From: Macrostomum lignano
Lineage: Eukaryota
Direction: 5' to 3'
DNA: 64,000 nt
NCBI GenBank assembly: GCA_002269645.1
Contig: NIVC01001087.1
Coordinates: forward strand, 62,001 to 126,000
Of this stretch, positions 58,184 to 64,000 are shown in pieces. Under the pieces are notes generated by a model. It did not search any database. It had not been told where the DNA came from and worked only from the letters and a program-made list of their open reading frames with translations. Numbering within the stretch: the stretch's first letter is position 1; each line of letters opens with the position of its first letter. The position numbers and the translations under genes were made by a program.

Positions 58184-58350
58184 TGAAGGCTGGGGGGGGG
58201 TCGCCACACACACCCTCAATCACCCCAGCTAATGCTGCCACCCACTTCACAGCTAGGTGATCTGAAGCAATTCAGAGCTAAGTGTCTTGCCCAAGGACAC
58301 GAATTGTTCCGAGTGGGTCGAGAATCGAACCCCCGACCCTTCGGCCTTGC
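58184..58350 (-). mobile_element. CORE-type SINE, copy 2 (A box not evident)
   Basis: Aligns by eye to 24835-24985 (GGGGTCGCCACACA...CCCCAGCTAATGCTG...GTGTCTTGCCCAAGGACAC...GAGAATCGAACCCCCGA). Confidence 0.8.
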
Positions 58351-58837
58351 GCGACTGATATAAATATTTCCGCATTAGCAGTAAGAAGATCCTGCAAACA
58401 GTAGATGAGTTGCTAGTGTTAATTCTATTGCACAATGCTGAATGTAATTGTGGTACAATAAAAAGCACAATTAAAAAGGAAATTAGGGCCTGTATTATTG
58501 CTAGTAAATTGTGCGCACTATCTCTCAACAAATAAGAATCGTGTCAGAGGCCGTACACTCTAGGCTAATAAGAGTGCATATTCTTTGTTATCTAGTATGT
58601 AGTAAGCACATTCGCAGTTTTTTGTTTACAATTCATCTGTAAAAGTTTTTTGACTTAATTTCTCACTCTGGGCTTTGGTATACTGCTGCCTCCATGTCCA
58701 TTATAGCCAATGCTTTCAAGTATTGAGTACCACATGGATTGTCACTCACAATAGCTGATGCATTAAGCCATATTTCAACATAGTTACTTGCGACGTAGTA
58801 GTTGTCTACTAGACGTAGTAGTTGACGTAGCGGTACA

Positions 58838-60173
58838 TGACTTACTTGACTTAGCTGCAGGGCTGTCCCGGGGGGACACAGCGGGAAGGCGCGAGCTCCC
58901 ATTCCGCTAATCCCTGAATGGCCGACGCGTCGCTATGGACTAAGGGTTGGCGCCGCCCAGGGAGGTCACCCAGTGTCGCCAGCAGCTATAGTGCTCTCTG
59001 GAAAGGAGAGTTCAGCCCTACGGGTGGCCTGGAGGTAGCGCATGAGCTGATGAAAGTTTTCGGGTTTGCACGCTTCAGTAATAGATGTGTGTGGCCCGAG
59101 GTAAGTGAGTCTGGCTCGCGTAAAGGCGGGACAGATGCTGACGAAATGCTCAGCGGTTTCGTCACCTGAGTTACAGAAACTGCAGATGGCGTTGGTGGCG
59201 TTGCCCTGCAGGTACTGGTGCCTAGAGAAGCAGCCGTGATCTGAGAGGGTCATGGTGGCAGCCCGGATGTCTCTGCGCGAGAGGCGCAAGAGGAGCTTCC
59301 GGAGCTGGTGAGAGGGCTGAGGGACAGCGCCTCTGGATTTCCTGCAGGTAGTGCAGTTCGCTCAAGCCGAGCGGTGCTGGGTCCTGATCCACGCTTTGAT
59401 GCGCGAGTCAATGACACAGCCAGGAATTGGGACAAGAGGTTCGGGACCGAGAGAGGAGCCGGAGGCGCCAACTTTTGCAAGGGCGTCAGCCAACTCATTC
59501 CATCGGATCCCCACATGCCCCGGAACCCACTTAAGGGTGATTTTGTTGGTGGAGCCCAACACGTTGAGGAGTTTGATACAGTCGAGGACTGTAGCAGAAT
59601 TGGTACTACAGCCACTGATGGCGTGCAAGGCAGCTTGGCTGTCCGAATGGAAAATGATGTTCTTACCGGATACGCCAGTGGCGAGAAGCTCTGCAATGCA
59701 GGAGCTGATGGCGAGAACTTCATTTTGGAAGACACTGGAGTTGACCCCAGTGTACTGAGCGTGGGTTGCGATGACCCTCCCGTTCAGGAAGATTCCAACA
59801 CCAAAACCGGTGTTGGCTGACTGCTTAGAACCGTCGGTGAAGCTCACCATGGTTCCATTGGTCATTGATGGTATCGCGCGAGTCGATAGCTACGGAGTAG
59901 CGTTGTCTCAGGTTGAGCGTTGAGGCAATGCCATCGGTGAAGACGCGACTGGCCTGACACTCGTTGAGAATGTTGGGGCACAGGTCGCTATGCGGGACGA
60001 GGTTCCGCTTAGCAGGTGCCCTCATGTAAAGGAATTTGACACCGGCATCAAGTAAACGCCGCGTCGTTCTAGCCGCCTTACCCCTGACGAAGAGGTCGAG
60101 AGGCGGTAGATTAAGGAAGGCCCCCATGCCGGCAAAGGGCGTGGACCTGGTGGCGTTGCAGATAAGCCTACAC
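58838..60173 (-). mobile_element. Decayed non-LTR retrotransposon (LOA/R1/I group), 3' part: post-RT linker, RNase H, CCHC finger, 3' UTR
   Basis: NLPPLDLF linker; RNase H FTDGSK...FQNEVLAI...SDSQAAL...WVPGHVG...NELADALAK; CSFC...ETAEHF...C; two frameshifts; possible (AAGT)-type tail near 58838-58855. Confidence 0.9.
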
Positions 60174-63007
60174 TGTGACGTTGTCAGTTGAGGTGGCCCC
60201 GACGAGGGCCGTTTTAGCGAAAGCAGTGCCATTCTATAATATTGTTAATTTGATGGTCTCGTACTCTAACGTCTGCTTATAGTAATGCCCAAGGAATTTT
60301 AAACAACATTGCGTGGCGTTCGTAAAGCCAATGTACAATGCGATCGATAATTTCTGTTTTCAAGTTGGTTTTCGCGCCGGCCAATAGGAAAGCCGCGCAT
60401 ATATTATGCTAGCCTGAAATTAACTTTTGTCGCGCACCCACCCCCAGCCCGCTCGTTATCAGTACTGTCTGGCTGGGGCGCCCGGTGTTAGGGTTTCTGC
60501 TCTCCGGAGTTAAGGATCTCCGGCCCGGCGATCCAACCAAAAAAAATTACGCGATTTTACAATCGCCCTCACGGATATCAGGAACCATGACATAAGATAA
60601 GGTTACAGATCGCCGCCATGCTAGACTCTCCGGAGTATTATTATCTTAGAAAATTGGAAGATAAGAGATAAATTACATTTCTCTGATTCTAGAAAGCCCA
60701 GCTCGTGAGCAGCCTATAGCTTGCGCAACTTTTTCGATGAGTTCATCCATCTAGTACATCGTACATTTGCATGCCCTGTGAGGGCTAAATTTAGAGTTGG
60801 CCAGACTTGTGCATCATTTTTCGTCTCTGTGCATTTGTCGAGGGATTTGATTGTCATATATGGCAGTGAAATAAAACATATTGTGAGTAATTGTCTGTTT
60901 GCGGTTATCTTTACTTTCTACTTGTCAAATGGCTACTTTGAATCAAATATTCTTTTATGTACTGAACAATGACTGCGCACAAATTCCTGTCGACTTGAAC
61001 TCGAGAGAGAAAAGCAATTTGAAGAGGCGCATCAGGGAAAAGAGCAGAAATTTTAGCATTCACGATGGAGCATTGTTATTACATGGTGAAAAATCGTGCA
61101 TTAATCTACTGGTGCTTGGTGCTTACCACCCACAGGTAACCTTAACAGTAATGTTTTATGCTTCTGATATTATGTAGCAGTGGTGCATCATTTTTTAAGT
61201 ACGAGTAGATCACTAATTTTCTCCAGACAAACGGTCAAACTGAGCGCCTCAACCAAACGTGCATTAATCTACTGAGAAAGCGGTGTGATTCTGAGGAACC
61301 AACTAACTGGGATTCCATGCTGAATGATGTTCAACTCGCATACAACAGCCGCCGACATTCGGTGACAGGCTTCTCGCCGTGCAGGTAAAATATGAAAGTA
61401 ATAAAGTTTATAGAGAATCAAGTATATTTTATTAAGCATATTTCTATACTGTAGCAGACAATGTTAGTTCATATGCCTCCATTTATCTTTAGAGCCGCCT
61501 TTGGCTTTGAGCCATTGCTAGGCGATCATGCCGCAGCACTGGCTTCGGTTCCGGAGCCGATGGAAATCAACAGGCGATTGCTTGCCAACAAGGACAAGAA
61601 GCGAGCCGCAGCGCGAAAACTAATTGCGCGTAGAATCAAGATCGCTCAAGAAAAGATGCGACAGCGTCACTTGGTTTCGGCTGCTGGAGCTCAAGAGCTA
61701 AAGCGAGGAGACAGAGTTCGGCTTCGAAATCTGCGGAGGGATGATCGAAAGGGTGGCAAGATGCGATACACCTGGGGTCAGCAGGTCTACATCGTGACGA
61801 GGTGCCTCGGTCGCAACGTATATCGATTAGGAGGACTCACTAGACGGGTCAATGGCAGGCATCTCAAGAAGTGCTTTCTACAAGTACAATGGTTGAGCGA
61901 ATCTGCAGTTTTTCATTAGAATCGCATGCGGGACTCTGAACTGACGGCACTCGTACGAGTATTTATCAAAGGTTTCTAGCTCGTATTTCTGCCCTGGTAT
62001 GGTGCATCACAGCTGCAAAATATACTGGCTACAGTGAAACGTTAAACTACGATCGTGCGGAATGTAAAATGTCTTGAAATGGAAAAAATGACTGACATTG
62101 TTAGCGATTTTTACTACCTTTTATGCTTCGATGAAAATTGTTAAACGGTTAAGAGAAGGAAACTACAACAACACTCGTTGCACGATTACGATTTCGGACT
62201 TTATGTAAATGGGGAGATCGGTAACCGGAGATCCTAAACCAAACCTTAGTTATTGCACTCGTGACGGAGATCGGCAAACGGTGTAGAATCTCCGAGGGGA
62301 TAACAGAATCTGGTTTTGGATCTCCGGATAGGGAGACCTGACCATGCCCCGGAGATCCCACAACGGTTACGGATCTCCGATCGTGGAGATCCCTAACCGT
62401 TTGTATTCTCCGAAGGAGATCCTAAACCCTTTAAGATCTCCGGTCGGAGATCCCAGCCCGTTTGCAGTCTCCGGATCGGCGACCCAAAACTGACCAGAGC
62501 CCCGGAGTTTCTAAACCGTAATACCGGGGTTAGGCCCTCTTTCGTTTTCCGGCCCGCGCTCTCTCTCCCCCTCGCTCCGCCACAGTTCTAAGCCATGCCT
62601 CTGCCAAGTCTCAGTCGCGCCACCGCCATCGCCACTTCTCGATCACGCCACCACTACCGTTTGTACAGGGTTCTCGCTACGAGTACCGCCACCATTCGAT
62701 CACTGCCATCACATCATCGCCATTGCCTCAGGCTCTCAACTCGCTCTATCATCTATCTTATTGTTGCGCAGCCGCCCAGTGCATTCCTTACGGATTCAGC
62801 AAAATACTCAGGCCCATCTCTATTAACAACCCAGACGGAATTGATAACTAACGAGCCTAACTATCCACGCATACGGGTACAATAAATGAGAACTGCGGCA
62901 ATCGCCCGCATCATTCGTCACTATCATCGAGTACTACCGCTACCAAATTTGCCTCTGTTGTATTCGCCTTCGTCATTTGATCCCGAGTCTGCCATTTAAT
63001 CGTCACA
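60174..63007 (+). mobile_element. Ginger-like (Gypsy-integrase) DNA transposon, internally deleted, 2834 bp, inserted in the LINE
   Basis: Ends TGTGACG / CGTCACA; 4-bp TSD ACAC (60170-60173 and 63008-63011); removing it restores the LINE frame GRAC|RLIC; no paired LTRs, RT or gag seen; the integrase gene has spliceosomal introns. Confidence 0.85.
60929..61919 (+). CDS. Spliced Gypsy-type integrase derivative lacking the HHCC finger and both catalytic Asp, ~263 aa open frame
   Basis: Exons 60929-61135, 61227-61384, 61493-61919. GIN1-like N-terminus (EKSNLKRRIREKSRNFSIHDGALL); AYHPQ|TNGQTERLNQT; W...L..VQLAYNSRRHSVTGFSP; GPY/F-like region GGKMRYTWGQQVYIV. Confidence 0.78.
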
Positions 63008-63790
63008 ACACGCTCTGCCCTGGATCGTGTTGAGCAAATCTGCATGGCTTTTGACCTGGGTAGCGCTAACCCAGACAACCGAGGCGTACGTAATGGCAGG
63101 TCTAACTACGGAAGTGTAGATCCACCAAAGCCGCTTTGGGGATAGACCCCAAGAAGTGCCTAGTGCTCGTCGGAGCTGGGCCAGGATGGCTGAGGCACGC
63201 TTGGCTTTTGCTTTCATGTGGAAGGACCAGTTGAGCCGGTGGTCAAGTATGACCCCGAGCCATCTGGTCTGGTGCGCGAAGGCAATATCTCTGCCGTATA
63301 ACTGCAGAGGTCGTATGTTCCAGCGTATTCTGCTGGTGAACATAATGGCAAAAAGTTTTGGGCTCAGAGAGTTCCAGACCGTTGTCGTTAGCCCAGGATT
63401 CTGCTTTGCGGATAAAGCTCTGCATCAGATCCCTGAGCGTGCTGGGGAACGGCCCAGACACAATGGCAGTGACGTCGTCTGCATACCCGACTTTGAAGAC
63501 GGGATCAGGTCATGGGTTGCCCAGGAGAGCGTCCATGACCAGTTTCCAGAGCGTCGGGGTAAGGACTCCGCCTTGGGGTCCACCCTTACAGACTCTGGCG
63601 GAGGCAGTTTGCCCAAGAAGTTGGGCAGTGAGCGTACGGTTAGAGATCATGTACATGATCCACCGTATGAGGGTAGCGTGAGCTTTGCGGTTTTGAAGGG
63701 CCCTCTGAAACGCTTCAAAGACAACGTTGTCAAAGGCGCCAACAATGTGGAGAAAAAGAACCAAGCGTCTTCTCAATCTTCAAACTACTT
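63008..63790 (-). mobile_element. Decayed non-LTR retrotransposon, reverse-transcriptase part (same copy as 58838-60173)
   Basis: LFLHIVGAFDNV, GGPQGGVLTPTLW, GYADD, WLGVILDHRLNW, IYTSVVRPAITYASVVW; frameshifted and 5'-truncated. Confidence 0.92.
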
Positions 63791-64000
63791 AAGGGAGGCC
63801 TTAAGTACGATCTCAATTAAAGGTGACAGTTGACTCGCAACCAGCGATGGATCCCTAACCCTGGCTTTGTCATCTCCAGGGACGTACTCACCAAGGAGAG
63901 TCTTGCGTGCTGTTTCCCTGTCAGAATTTTAGCCTAGCCTACAATCCGATCAGTGATCCCAAATATATTTTATTTATTGATTACACCTTCCCTGATGTGG

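Noticed and set aside
59250-59820. ORFs 59308..59820 (+), 59250..59735 (-) and 63156..63833 (+)
   Set aside because: Antisense or alternative-frame shadows of the LINE pol sequence.
60174-63007. Gypsy LTR retrotransposon or solo LTR (TG...CA ends, 4-bp TSD)
   Set aside because: The ends are not direct repeats, there is no PBS/RT/gag, and the integrase has introns.

Overview
Eukaryotic (metazoan) genomic DNA in two sharply different halves. Bases 1-42.3 kb hold spliced host genes, all reconstructed here with GT-AG introns and consistent phases: the 3' part of a conventional protein kinase C (+), a complete Tlx/Hox11 homeobox gene (-), an unrecognised 233-aa charged protein (-), MAD1 (-) and EDF1/MBF1 (-). 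Every intron over ~350 bp in these genes is filled with its own private mini- or microsatellite; nearly all long ORFs in the supplied track there are repeat artefacts. Bases 42.3-64 kb are a transposon nest around one host gene (rolling-stone-like, +). The nest contains an apparently intact hAT element (13-bp TIR, 8-bp TSD, 3-exon transposase) with a MITE in its first intron, a hairpin-ended Crypton-like remnant, a deleted Tc1, a CORE-SINE copy, and a decayed RNase H-bearing LINE. That LINE is split by an intron-containing, Gypsy-integrase DNA transposon (Ginger-like, TGT...ACA ends, 4-bp TSD). The style (minisatellite introns, poly-Q/A exons, acceptor sites just before start codons) resembles a free-living flatworm such as Macrostomum, but that is an unverified inference. 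All coordinates were counted by hand: exon, TIR and TSD boundaries were checked base by base, while repeat-array edges are approximate.
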